Part shown: piece by piece, positions 26,822-35,436 of the stretch | How the letters are laid out: the number at the start of each line of letters is the position of its first letter | How positions within the stretch are numbered: position 1 is the stretch's first letter | Origin: Chitinophagaceae bacterium | Lineage (GTDB): Bacteria > Bacteroidota > Bacteroidia > Chitinophagales > UBA10324 | Length of the DNA: 64,000 nt | Direction: 5' to 3' | NCBI GenBank assembly: GCA_016717285.1 | Contig: JADKFU010000004.1 | Location: forward strand, 267,490-331,489 | Translations under genes and position numbers: made by a program | The notes under the pieces: generated by a model | What the model was told of the DNA's origin: nothing | The model's input: the letters and a program-made list of their open reading frames with translations, nothing else | The model's database searches: none

Positions 26822-27505
26822 ATGCCTACCACGTACCCGGCAAAAATTCAACTGAAGCCCACAGATGTTTTTAACATCTTTCCTAAAGTAAATCCCAAAA
26901 CCGGCAAGGAAAAAAAGATGGCCAACCTCAATGGGTTTGTGGATGCTTATAACAATTTTGCGGATTACTTTGGCATAGACTCGCCGTTAGAGGTGGCTTA
27001 TTTCTTCTCGCAGGTTGGCCATGAATCGGATCAGTTTAACGCATTTGAAGAATATGCAACCGGCGAAAAGTATGAAGGACGAAAAGATCTTGGTAATGTT
27101 TATAAAGGTGATGGTGTTAAGTTTAAGGGACATGGTGCTTTACAAACAACTGGACGCACTAATCATCATTTAGCCAATGAAGCACTTTTAAAACTGGATT
27201 TTTTAACTCCTGCAGAAAAGGCATTATTTAAAGATGATGGTGTGGTAAAAACACCACTGTTGCTCAGTAATCCAAAATGGGCGGCGTTATCAGCAATGAT
27301 TTATTGGGTTGCTAAAGACCTGAACCATCTTTGCCTTCCGCCGGATCAAAAGGTTACCATCAGGAGATATGATAAGGTGAAGAAATGGTATGATTATACC
27401 TGCCTGCCCAATGAAGCGATCACGCGCAAAGTTAACGGAGGTGAAAATGGCCTGCCCGAACGTATCGCATTGTTTCAAAAAATCAAGGTGTTGCTGAAAG
27501 CCTAA
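26822..27505 (+). CDS. Glycoside hydrolase family 19-like muramidase/chitinase (endolysin-type)
   Basis: AYFFSQVGHESDQFNAFEEY...GRKDLGNVYKGDGVKFKGHGALQTTGRTNH matches the GH19 endolysin core (catalytic Glu in GHES and in EEY). No signal peptide. TACATTTG box 25 nt upstream. Confidence 0.8.
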   Translation: MPTTYPAKIQLKPTDVFNIFPKVNPKTGKEKKMANLNGFVDAYNNFADYFGIDSPLEVAYFFSQVGHESDQFNAFEEYATGEKYEGRKDLGNVYKGDGVKFKGHGALQTTGRTNHHLANEALLKLDFLTPAEKALFKDDGVVKTPLLLSNPKWAALSAMIYWVAKDLNHLCLPPDQKVTIRRYDKVKKWYDYTCLPNEAITRKVNGGENGLPERIALFQKIKVLLKA

Positions 27506-27760
27506 GTGTTTTCTGAAAGGAAGGTTGCAAAAACATTTCTCTGTTCCGCAAGAACATTGATATCCAGACTAAAATTAAAAGTATGACTGTTACAGGTGGT
27601 TGCCCTCCACTGTTTAAGAGAACCGTGTATGATACTTTCCTGTTACCGTTGAATATTTAATGACGACTTATGGTAAAACATTGGATAATATAATTCAGGA
27701 ACTTCAAAGCCGGGGCTTGAAACACCGCAAGAAAATAATGGGAAAATAAATAATGCGCAG

Positions 27761-30244
27761 CTACTTAGTTAAAGTATCTTTCTTGTAATCGGGGTCCATA
27801 TCCGGTGTACGCAATCCTGCCACTTCATCTGCCATTAAAATAAATACGTTCCAGCAAAGCCCTTTGGTAGATGTCCACCAGCTATCCGTTGTGGTCCATT
27901 TTGTAGGAATAAATTCTTTGCTGAATGGCCATTCCGGATTCAGATAAATTTCTGCCCACACCCTGTTTTCCATCAACATACCCGCTTTTGTCCAACCATG
28001 TTTTAATCCTGCCACGTAAGCACAATATTCCGCCCTGAACCAACTGCCGCCATTGTAATAAAAGCCATCACTCTTGCCGTTACTGTAATTTTCTGCTCCG
28101 AATTTATCAAAGGGCTGATAATCTCCGCTGAGATAGGCAAAGCCTTTTTTATCATTTGTTAACCTTACGCAGATGGGTGCAGTAGTACCATATTCAGGGT
28201 GAGGTGAGTTAGCAACTTTATTCAGCACAGGCATCTGATCCAAATGATTTTTTACCATTTCATCTGTCAGCATGGGACTGTTGAACAGCCACAAAGAAAG
28301 AAATTCCGGTTCCAGATCAGTAAGCGTAATGATGTCCGGGAAATTCCGGTCAAACAACAAGTGCTTTCTTTTTACGTCATAAAAATTCCTGTATTCTTCT
28401 TCCGCTTTTTGGACGTAGGTTTCAGAAATATCAAAACCCAATTCTTTAATAGTTTTTAACGCAATCACCAGCATGCCCTGATTCACTGCGAGCCGGTTTG
28501 TCTTCGGATTAAAATCAACAATATCCACCTGGCTTAATGAAAAATGTGATTCGCATTTTCCATCCCTGTCAGCATCAAATTCATTCAATACATAATCAAC
28601 CGCCTTTTCAATTTTTTCTTTCGGAAGCGTGCTGCCGAATCGTCGCTTGTTCATCATTGCCCAAATGAGCCATTCGATAGTCGCTTCATTGTCTTTTGCT
28701 TCTACTGAACCCATGAGCGGTGTAATAATAGTACCGATGCCGCCTTTAGGTGTTTGTGTTTTTCCCCATTGTTCCCAAAGACTTTCGTTCAATTCTTTAT
28801 TATACGATGAAATGGTTGAAAAAAAACAATCCCTGTTATACATATCCGGAGCGTAATTCATATTGGGCACATTGAACGGCGTAAAGTCATTTACATCCGT
28901 AATCCAGGTGAGCATATTAAAATTGGCATAGAGCATTTTTTCAATCAAAGATCCTTGAAAGCCCTTTGCTTCAGCCAACCGCGCTTGAGAGGAGATCATA
29001 AATTGCTGATGCGATTTCCAGGACTCCACAAAAATATAGGTGGTCTTCTCCACCCTTTCACCCATGGGTAGAACATTGTAGGGTGACGGCTGCGGCTGAT
29101 GCTCTGTAAATTGCAGGTCCTTTATCTGCAGCTCACATTCTTTATCTGATTGCGTACCAATAAACATGGATACGCTGTCATGTTCAATATAAGGCACCAA
29201 AATACTACCTTTAAAAAGCGTCCATTCACTTGTTGTTGCGGGAAAGTTATCAATGTACTTAACACCATCTTCCAGCTCAATTGTTTTTTTTCCGTTCTTA
29301 ACTCTGAAAAGTTTCAAGGCCACCGGTGCATTTCCTTTACACGAGAAAGTGATCGTGTAAACCTGCTGATCTTTCAATGGCGCAATAAATTCTATTCCGG
29401 CTCTGCCACCGGAATGCCCGGTTATTGAAATAACGTCGTTCACTTTCACTATTTCAGCATTGCCTTCTTTTTTATATGACTCCGGTAATTTTAAAACCCT
29501 TTCAGTACCAGCATCTAGATTATACAACTCGCCAAATGTTTGGCTGATGTAATTTTTATGTGCCAGCCTGTCTTCTAATGTTGCTACATACAATAAGTTA
29601 ACGTCAGGTAATCTGCGCATACCTACAAAACCACCACCACGGCCGCTGAACCGGCGACGCGTATTTCTGGTGTATTGATTTTTGTATCCTGCATCTGTTA
29701 AAAAACCTACTACTTTATTATCCGGCGTAATAAAACCTGCAGCAGGAAACATTTCATGTACAAAGCCACCCGGAAAACTATCAAATTCAAATGTGATGTA
29801 TCTCTCTGGTTCTTCCGCAGGTCTTGCTGTTTCTTTCAAAATATACAGCATGCCAGGCATGGAAGGTTGAAACAACCCGATCGTCTTTTTAACAATGCTA
29901 TCACTTATCACCTCGTAGGTTACCGTTACAGACAGGTTCGCATCAAACTCATTGGTGTACGAATCTCCCTGTAAAGTGATGTGATGTTCATCACCTGTCC
30001 ATGCCTGGCCTTTCCATTGCGGCATATTTGCTACGGTACTTAAATCATTATTAAATAGTTGCAGTGAAAATTCTTCGGTATTGGTAACCAGCAATTTATT
30101 TTCATCAAAGATTTCTACAGAAAAACCGGTTTGTTTATCGCCCACAACTTTTAAATGCAATGGCTGGCCGTTTACAAGAGCGCTTTTAAATAAAACAATC
30201 ACAAAGAGCATAACCACGGCAGGCACCGTTTCATAAATTGACAT
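27761..30244 (-). CDS. Large uncharacterised secreted or anchored protein with a C-terminal (alpha/alpha)6-barrel glycosidase-like region
   Basis: 827 aa. N-terminal hydrophobic anchor. The central beta-rich region looks CBM-like. The C-terminal half carries FYYNGGSWFRAEY and NQGMLVIAL, reminiscent of six-hairpin glycosidases. CDS is confident; function is tentative. Confidence 0.6.
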   Translation of the reverse strand: MSIYETVPAVVMLFVIVLFKSALVNGQPLHLKVVGDKQTGFSVEIFDENKLLVTNTEEFSLQLFNNDLSTVANMPQWKGQAWTGDEHHITLQGDSYTNEFDANLSVTVTYEVISDSIVKKTIGLFQPSMPGMLYILKETARPAEEPERYITFEFDSFPGGFVHEMFPAAGFITPDNKVVGFLTDAGYKNQYTRNTRRRFSGRGGGFVGMRRLPDVNLLYVATLEDRLAHKNYISQTFGELYNLDAGTERVLKLPESYKKEGNAEIVKVNDVISITGHSGGRAGIEFIAPLKDQQVYTITFSCKGNAPVALKLFRVKNGKKTIELEDGVKYIDNFPATTSEWTLFKGSILVPYIEHDSVSMFIGTQSDKECELQIKDLQFTEHQPQPSPYNVLPMGERVEKTTYIFVESWKSHQQFMISSQARLAEAKGFQGSLIEKMLYANFNMLTWITDVNDFTPFNVPNMNYAPDMYNRDCFFSTISSYNKELNESLWEQWGKTQTPKGGIGTIITPLMGSVEAKDNEATIEWLIWAMMNKRRFGSTLPKEKIEKAVDYVLNEFDADRDGKCESHFSLSQVDIVDFNPKTNRLAVNQGMLVIALKTIKELGFDISETYVQKAEEEYRNFYDVKRKHLLFDRNFPDIITLTDLEPEFLSLWLFNSPMLTDEMVKNHLDQMPVLNKVANSPHPEYGTTAPICVRLTNDKKGFAYLSGDYQPFDKFGAENYSNGKSDGFYYNGGSWFRAEYCAYVAGLKHGWTKAGMLMENRVWAEIYLNPEWPFSKEFIPTKWTTTDSWWTSTKGLCWNVFILMADEVAGLRTPDMDPDYKKDTLTK

Positions 30245-30397
30245 CAGCAGAAATTTTTATTATCTAAAGGTACTGTAATTGCATGCTCATGCTCTGGAAA
30301 TTATTCGTTCAATCATGCAGTTTCGCCCATCCGTGACCAGCCAATACTTCACTAAACAGAAATTAATCCGACCTTAGAATATTATTTAAACAATTTT

Positions 30398-30943
30398 ATG
30401 CTCACTGATGCTATAAATTCTGCCACACATCCTAATTACCTGATTGTAATAGGCGCTACCACTGCTGTTTATCTTTTCCTGGTTCTGGCAATTATCATTT
30501 TTGGCAAACGCGAGATCGGCCAATTGTCCATCACTGATTTAGTGTTTCTGTTGTTAATCAGCAATGCCGTTCAGAATGCCATGGTGGATGGCGACTGGGA
30601 TAGTTTATGGGTGGGTATTGTAGCAGCAATAACCTTGTTTGCATTAAACCTTCTCTTTAAAAATCTGGTGTATAAAAGTTCACAATTCAATAAGCTGATT
30701 GAAGGTGAACCCGTGCTGCTGATTTATCATGGCAAAATGGTGATTGAAAATATACGCAAAGAACAAATCACCCAAAACGAACTGGAAGGCGCCATCCGTG
30801 AAAATGGTTTTGAAAATATCACTGAAGTGAGTCTTGCAAAACTGGAAACGAATGGCAACATCAGTGTGGTGGGATTTAAGGATGAGAAGAGCATTGTGTT
30901 CAGGAAGAAGAAACCGCATGTGCCGCCGAGGATGAGGAATTAG
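30398..30943 (+). CDS. DUF421 (YetF-like) membrane protein
   Basis: GKREIGQLSITDLVFLLLISNAVQNAM is typical of DUF421. The TAG stop lies within the GGAATTAGGAATT repeat word. Confidence 0.75.
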   Translation: MLTDAINSATHPNYLIVIGATTAVYLFLVLAIIIFGKREIGQLSITDLVFLLLISNAVQNAMVDGDWDSLWVGIVAAITLFALNLLFKNLVYKSSQFNKLIEGEPVLLIYHGKMVIENIRKEQITQNELEGAIRENGFENITEVSLAKLETNGNISVVGFKDEKSIVFRKKKPHVPPRMRN

Positions 30944-31016
30944 GAATTGGTCATGAGTCATTAGAAGTCATTTCATTGGCACATCGGCACATTGAAACAT
31001 TTGCACATCAAACATC
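30936..31016. repeat. Composite word array GGAATTAGGAATTGG / GTCAT / CATTGGCAC
   Basis: ggaattaggaattggtcatgagtcattagaagtcatttcattggcacatcggcacattgaaacatttgcacatcaaacatc. It starts at the DUF421 stop codon. Confidence 0.85.
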
Positions 31017-31030
31017 AATTTTTTCATACC

Positions 31031-31038
31031 TACCTTTG
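31031..31038 (+). promoter_or_regulatory. Candidate -7 box TACCTTTG for the L,D-transpeptidase gene
   Basis: Exact TAnnTTTG, 19 nt upstream of ATG 31058. Confidence 0.4.
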
Positions 31039-31057
31039 CTTATCAACACGACTTTTT

Positions 31058-32746
31058 ATGATGCTCTTTATCCGAAATAATTTCCTGTTTGGATTGATTC
31101 CTCTTTTGCTGCTGCATGGGTGCGGTGCAGGATTAGGTAACCGTGCTGCAAAAAATAATCAGGTTCAAACGGACAGTTCATTGATCGAACCGGTAAGTGT
31201 CAATAATTTATTTCTAGATAGTATTGCTGTTGCAGATTTTTTAATAAAGCATCCTGAGTTCAAAAACCAACAGGAGCAGGCCTGGAAATTTTATCAGCGT
31301 CGCAATTACCAATTCGCATGGTTCAACAACGATGGAATTACAGAACATGCAGCCAACTTCATGAATATGCTGATGAATTATCGTGAAGAAGGCATTACCG
31401 ACACTACTGTTTTTAATCCTCAGTTGAAATCGCTGTATGATTCGCTGTCAAGTGGCTCTCACGTAATTCAAGGGGTTGATCCTTTAATAACCGAAACGGA
31501 GTTGTTGCTTTCTGCTTCCTTTTTCAAGTATGCGCAGCAAATCTGGGGAGGTCTTGGTGAAAAAGAACTGCAGGATGTGGACTGGTACATCAAGCAGAAA
31601 CGTTTACCGTATGTGGCTCTGCTCGACTCCATGCTGTCCAATCCACAATATTTCTCGCAGCAAAAACCGGTTTACCGTCAATATGATTTGCTGAAGTCGC
31701 AATTGAAAAAATATCATGAATTGGAACAGTCAGGCAGCTGGCAATTGATAGTAGCCGATAAAAAATCCTATAAGACCGGTGATTCTTCCACCGTAATAAA
31801 TGCCATCCGAAAACGGTTATTCCTCCTCGGCGATCTTGCATCAACAGATACAACCAGTAATATTTACGACAGCACTCTTGTAATAGCCGTGAAGAACTTC
31901 CAGGACCGTCATGGACTTGCAACAGATGGTGTGATAGGCATTTCCATGATTACTGCGCTGAATGTTCCGTTGAGTTCACGCATTCAGCAGATCATGATCA
32001 ACATGGAACGTTCACGATGGGTGCCTGTGCAATTGAAAGGTGATTATCTCGCGGTGAATATTCCTGAATACAAACTTCATGTGTATGATGATGATTCTTT
32101 AGTCTGGGAATGCAATGTGGTGGTAGGTTCCGTGAATAATCAAACGGTAATTTTTAACGGCAACATGAAATACATTGTATTTAGTCCGTACTGGAATATT
32201 CCAACAAGTATTATTGCCAAAGAAATTGTTCCGGGAGCAAAACGGAATGCGAATTATATTGCAAGCCACAATATGGAAGTGGTGGCAGGTGGCAAAGTGA
32301 TCAGTCCTTCTTCTGTTAACTGGAGCAACTATTCAGGTTACAATTTTCCGTATGCCATCCGGCAAAAACCCGGACCGAACAATTCACTCGGCCGCGTAAA
32401 ATTTCTGTTCCCTAATAATTATTCCATTTACCTGCACGATACTCCGTCAAAGAGTTTATTCAATGAGCCGGCACGTGCTTTCAGTCACGGATGCATAAGA
32501 GTGGGCGAGCCGGTAAGACTGGCTGAATACCTATTGAGAAATGATTCGTTGTGGACTCCTGAAAAAATTGCTCCGGCGATGAACAGCACTAAAGAAACTA
32601 CAGTAACGCTAAAAACTCCGGTACCTGTTTTCATCGCTTATTTCACCGCATGGGTTGACCGTAAAGGCCGCATAAATTTCAGGAATGATATCTATGGACA
32701 CGATGGACGAATGGCAAAATTGTTATTTAACAATCCGACATTATAA
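31058..32746 (+). CDS. L,D-transpeptidase (YcbB-like) with peptidoglycan-binding domain
   Basis: PG-binding FQDRHGLATDGVIG. YkuD catalytic HDTP...SHGCIRV. Start moved from TTG 30992 to ATG 31058, which lies 19 nt after a TACCTTTG box and begins a signal/lipobox LLLHGC. Confidence 0.85.
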   Translation: MMLFIRNNFLFGLIPLLLLHGCGAGLGNRAAKNNQVQTDSSLIEPVSVNNLFLDSIAVADFLIKHPEFKNQQEQAWKFYQRRNYQFAWFNNDGITEHAANFMNMLMNYREEGITDTTVFNPQLKSLYDSLSSGSHVIQGVDPLITETELLLSASFFKYAQQIWGGLGEKELQDVDWYIKQKRLPYVALLDSMLSNPQYFSQQKPVYRQYDLLKSQLKKYHELEQSGSWQLIVADKKSYKTGDSSTVINAIRKRLFLLGDLASTDTTSNIYDSTLVIAVKNFQDRHGLATDGVIGISMITALNVPLSSRIQQIMINMERSRWVPVQLKGDYLAVNIPEYKLHVYDDDSLVWECNVVVGSVNNQTVIFNGNMKYIVFSPYWNIPTSIIAKEIVPGAKRNANYIASHNMEVVAGGKVISPSSVNWSNYSGYNFPYAIRQKPGPNNSLGRVKFLFPNNYSIYLHDTPSKSLFNEPARAFSHGCIRVGEPVRLAEYLLRNDSLWTPEKIAPAMNSTKETTVTLKTPVPVFIAYFTAWVDRKGRINFRNDIYGHDGRMAKLLFNNPTL

Positions 32747-32800
32747 TCAGCAATAGCATAAGGACTTATTAAAGTCGTATTGCATTTTGAAAACTCCAGG

Positions 32801-33925
32801 TTAATAATTGATCACCTGCTGTTCTATATTCGAGGGAATATCCCGGTACTCATATTGTTGATTACGGAGTCGTGGTTCGAATCCGGCTTCGCGAATGGCT
32901 TGCTGAATACCGTTTGCAGTGAAGCGGTGCGGCGCTCCTGCAGCACTCACCACATTTTCTTCAATCATAATAGAACCGAAATCGTTGGCACCTGCATGTA
33001 AACAAATCTCTGCAATGTCTTTACCTACGGTAAGCCAGGAGGCCTGAATATTTTTTATATTGGGCAACATGATCCGGCTGAGCGCAATCATGCGGATATA
33101 TTCATCACCGTTCACACTGTTTCTCACGCCACGAATTCTGCGCAGCAATGTTCCTTCATCCTGGAAAGGCCATGGAATAAAAGCAATAAATCCTTTTGCA
33201 TTTTCCGGCTTTTCTGATTGCACCTGGCGCAGCCATACCAAATGTTCGAATCGTTCATAAAGCGTTTCCACATGGCCCAGCATCATGGTAGCGGAGGTGG
33301 TGAGTCCGAGCTGATGTGCCGCGCGCATAACATTCAGCCATTCCTGACCGCTGCACTTTCCTTTGGAGATCAGCCGGCGCACACGATCGTTTAAAATTTC
33401 TGCACCTGCTCCGGGTAATGAATCCAATCCTGCTTCCATCAGTGCTTTTAATACCTCAGTATGCGTTGATTTTTCCAGCTTGGTGATGTGCGCGATTTCC
33501 GGCGGACCAAGTGAATGAAGTTTTAAATTGGGGTAAAGTGATTTCAGTTCTTTAAAAAGATCCACATAAAAACTCAATCCAAGATCTGGATGGTGGCCAC
33601 CTTGTAATAACAATTGCTCCCCTCCAAATCGATAGGTCTCCTCTATTTTTTGTTTATATTGATCAATGGTAGTTACATAAGCATCCGGAGCGCCGGGCTT
33701 ACGGAAGAAGTTGCAGAATTTACAATTGGCTATGCAGACATTCGTAGTGTTCACATTACGGTCAATGATCCAGGTCACCACTTTCTCCGGTTTCTGTTTC
33801 ATCCGCAATTCATGTGCAACCGCCATAAGTTCAGTGGTTGGTGAATGCTCAAATAAGTGCATTCCTTCTTCAATAGAAAGAAATTCAAAGTTGAGCGCGC
33901 GATGTATGAGTTGTCCGGTATTCAT
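32801..33925 (-). CDS. MqnE/MqnC/CofH-family radical SAM enzyme (futalosine-pathway type)
   Basis: VVTWIIDRNVNTTNVCIANCKFCNFFR (CxxxCxxC) and overall layout. I cannot separate MqnC from MqnE by eye. Confidence 0.75.
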   Translation of the reverse strand: MNTGQLIHRALNFEFLSIEEGMHLFEHSPTTELMAVAHELRMKQKPEKVVTWIIDRNVNTTNVCIANCKFCNFFRKPGAPDAYVTTIDQYKQKIEETYRFGGEQLLLQGGHHPDLGLSFYVDLFKELKSLYPNLKLHSLGPPEIAHITKLEKSTHTEVLKALMEAGLDSLPGAGAEILNDRVRRLISKGKCSGQEWLNVMRAAHQLGLTTSATMMLGHVETLYERFEHLVWLRQVQSEKPENAKGFIAFIPWPFQDEGTLLRRIRGVRNSVNGDEYIRMIALSRIMLPNIKNIQASWLTVGKDIAEICLHAGANDFGSIMIEENVVSAAGAPHRFTANGIQQAIREAGFEPRLRNQQYEYRDIPSNIEQQVINY

Positions 33926-33935
33926 GTTGATAGAG

Positions 33936-33943
33936 CAAAGATA
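33936..33943 (-). promoter_or_regulatory. Candidate -7 box TATCTTTG for the Mqn-family radical SAM gene
   Basis: Exact TAnnTTTG on the minus strand, 10 nt upstream of ATG 33925. Confidence 0.4.
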
Positions 33944-34136
33944 GATCGGAAAAGTTATTTTGGTTGTATCCCGGTATTTATATCGGGTATCTTCTCGCGA
34001 ATCAAAGTCTTATCTGATAATCTTTTAAGAATTTATTTTTGCTGCTGAATTCATCTGAAAAATCCGGAGAACGTAACAAGTGCACCTGATACTCTTTCAC
34101 AGGCAATGTGTATTTTTAGGGCTTAATCAAAAAAGT

Positions 34137-35375
34137 ATGATTGAATATAAAAAGAGTTCGCTAGGTAACGGGTTGAAGATACTGGTGCATGAAGACCGTT
34201 CCACGCCGCTTGCTGCGGTAAATCTTTTATACAATGTGGGTTCAAGAGATGAAACTCCTGATCAGACAGGTTTTGCGCATTTGTTTGAACACCTGATGTT
34301 TGGCGGATCGCGAAACATTCCGGTGTTTGATGAACCATTGCAGAAAGCCAGTGGTGAAAACAATGCTTTCACATCAACTGATATCACCAATTATTACGAA
34401 ACACTTCCTGCACACAATCTTGAAACAGCGCTGTGGCTCGAATCAGACCGCATGAATGAGCTGGCTTTCAGCGAACATTCGCTGGATGTGCAACGCAAAG
34501 TAGTGTGTGAAGAATTTAAAGAACATTACATCAACCAGCCTTACGGAGATGTATGGCATAAGATCCGCGAGCTTTCTTACAGCACCCATCCATATCAGTG
34601 GCCGACCATCGGTAAAAAATTAGCACACATTGAAGAAGCAAAGCTGAGTGATGTGCAATCTTTTTTTTACAAACACTATCGTCCTGACAATGCAATTCTC
34701 GTTGTAGCCGGCTTTGTAAAAGCAGAAGAGATTTTTTCACTGGCTGAAAAATGGTTTGGCGATATTCCTGCCGGGAAAAAACCACCCAGAAATATTCCGC
34801 AGGAACCTCCGCAAAAAGGGTTGAAAAGTTTGACCATGGAAGCTGATGTACCACTGGATGCGATCTATAAAACCTGGCACATGCCGGCACGCATGGATCC
34901 GCGCTATTACGCGGCCGACCTCGTCACCGATGTGTTATCAGGGGGAAAATCCAGCAGGCTATATCAATCACTGGTGAAGGAGAAAAAATTATTCTCAGAA
35001 ATAAATGCTTATCAAACCGGTTCCATTGATCCGGGACTGATTGTGGTGGAAGGAAAATTAGTGAAGGGTGTGAAAATGGAACAGGCGGACAAGGCAATTG
35101 ATGAAGAGATCAGCAAATTTACCGGTGAGCTTATTGACGAAACCGAATTGACGAAGGTAAAAAACCGTATAGAAGCGCAGATCATTTTCTCCGAAACAGA
35201 ACTGCTGAATAAAGCAATGAACCTCGCCTATTATGAATTGCTGGGTGATGCAAGTTTAGTTAATGAAGAAACAAATCATTACCTGAAAACTTCTGCTGCC
35301 GACATTTTAGAACAGGCACGAAATATTTTTACGCCGGATAACTGTTCGGTGTTGTATTATCATTCGAAAAACTGA
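34137..35375 (+). CDS. M16 (pitrilysin/insulinase) family zinc peptidase, catalytic-type subunit
   Basis: HxxEH zinc motif in FAHLFEHLMFGGS. Start trimmed to MIEYKK. Confidence 0.85.
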   Translation: MIEYKKSSLGNGLKILVHEDRSTPLAAVNLLYNVGSRDETPDQTGFAHLFEHLMFGGSRNIPVFDEPLQKASGENNAFTSTDITNYYETLPAHNLETALWLESDRMNELAFSEHSLDVQRKVVCEEFKEHYINQPYGDVWHKIRELSYSTHPYQWPTIGKKLAHIEEAKLSDVQSFFYKHYRPDNAILVVAGFVKAEEIFSLAEKWFGDIPAGKKPPRNIPQEPPQKGLKSLTMEADVPLDAIYKTWHMPARMDPRYYAADLVTDVLSGGKSSRLYQSLVKEKKLFSEINAYQTGSIDPGLIVVEGKLVKGVKMEQADKAIDEEISKFTGELIDETELTKVKNRIEAQIIFSETELLNKAMNLAYYELLGDASLVNEETNHYLKTSAADILEQARNIFTPDNCSVLYYHSKN

Positions 35376-35436
35376 TACTCATTAAATCCTACTTTAGCCA
35401 TTCCAACCCTTTTTACGCTACATAAAAAAATCTGCC

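Noticed and set aside
27575-27750. Two tiny ORFs (25 and 29 aa: MTVTGGCPPLFKRTVYDTFLLPLNI and MTTYGKTLDNIIQELQSRGLKHRKKIMGK) in the GH19 / 827-aa convergent gap.
   Set aside because: They are too short to support without conservation data, have no promoter box or RBS-like context, and could be remnants.
30992-31057. The track start (TTG 30992) for the L,D-transpeptidase, and similar N-terminal extensions at 9037, 12943, 14600, 34080, 42702, 51654, 54955 and 59599.
   Set aside because: The extensions run through repeat arrays or promoter boxes and precede obvious signal peptides or canonical N-termini, so internal starts were preferred.
32874-32884. GGTTCGAATCC, a tRNA T-loop-like string.
   Set aside because: It lies inside the Mqn-family CDS. 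The flanking bases do not form a T-stem (CGTGG versus CCGGC), and no acceptor or anticodon arms can be drawn.
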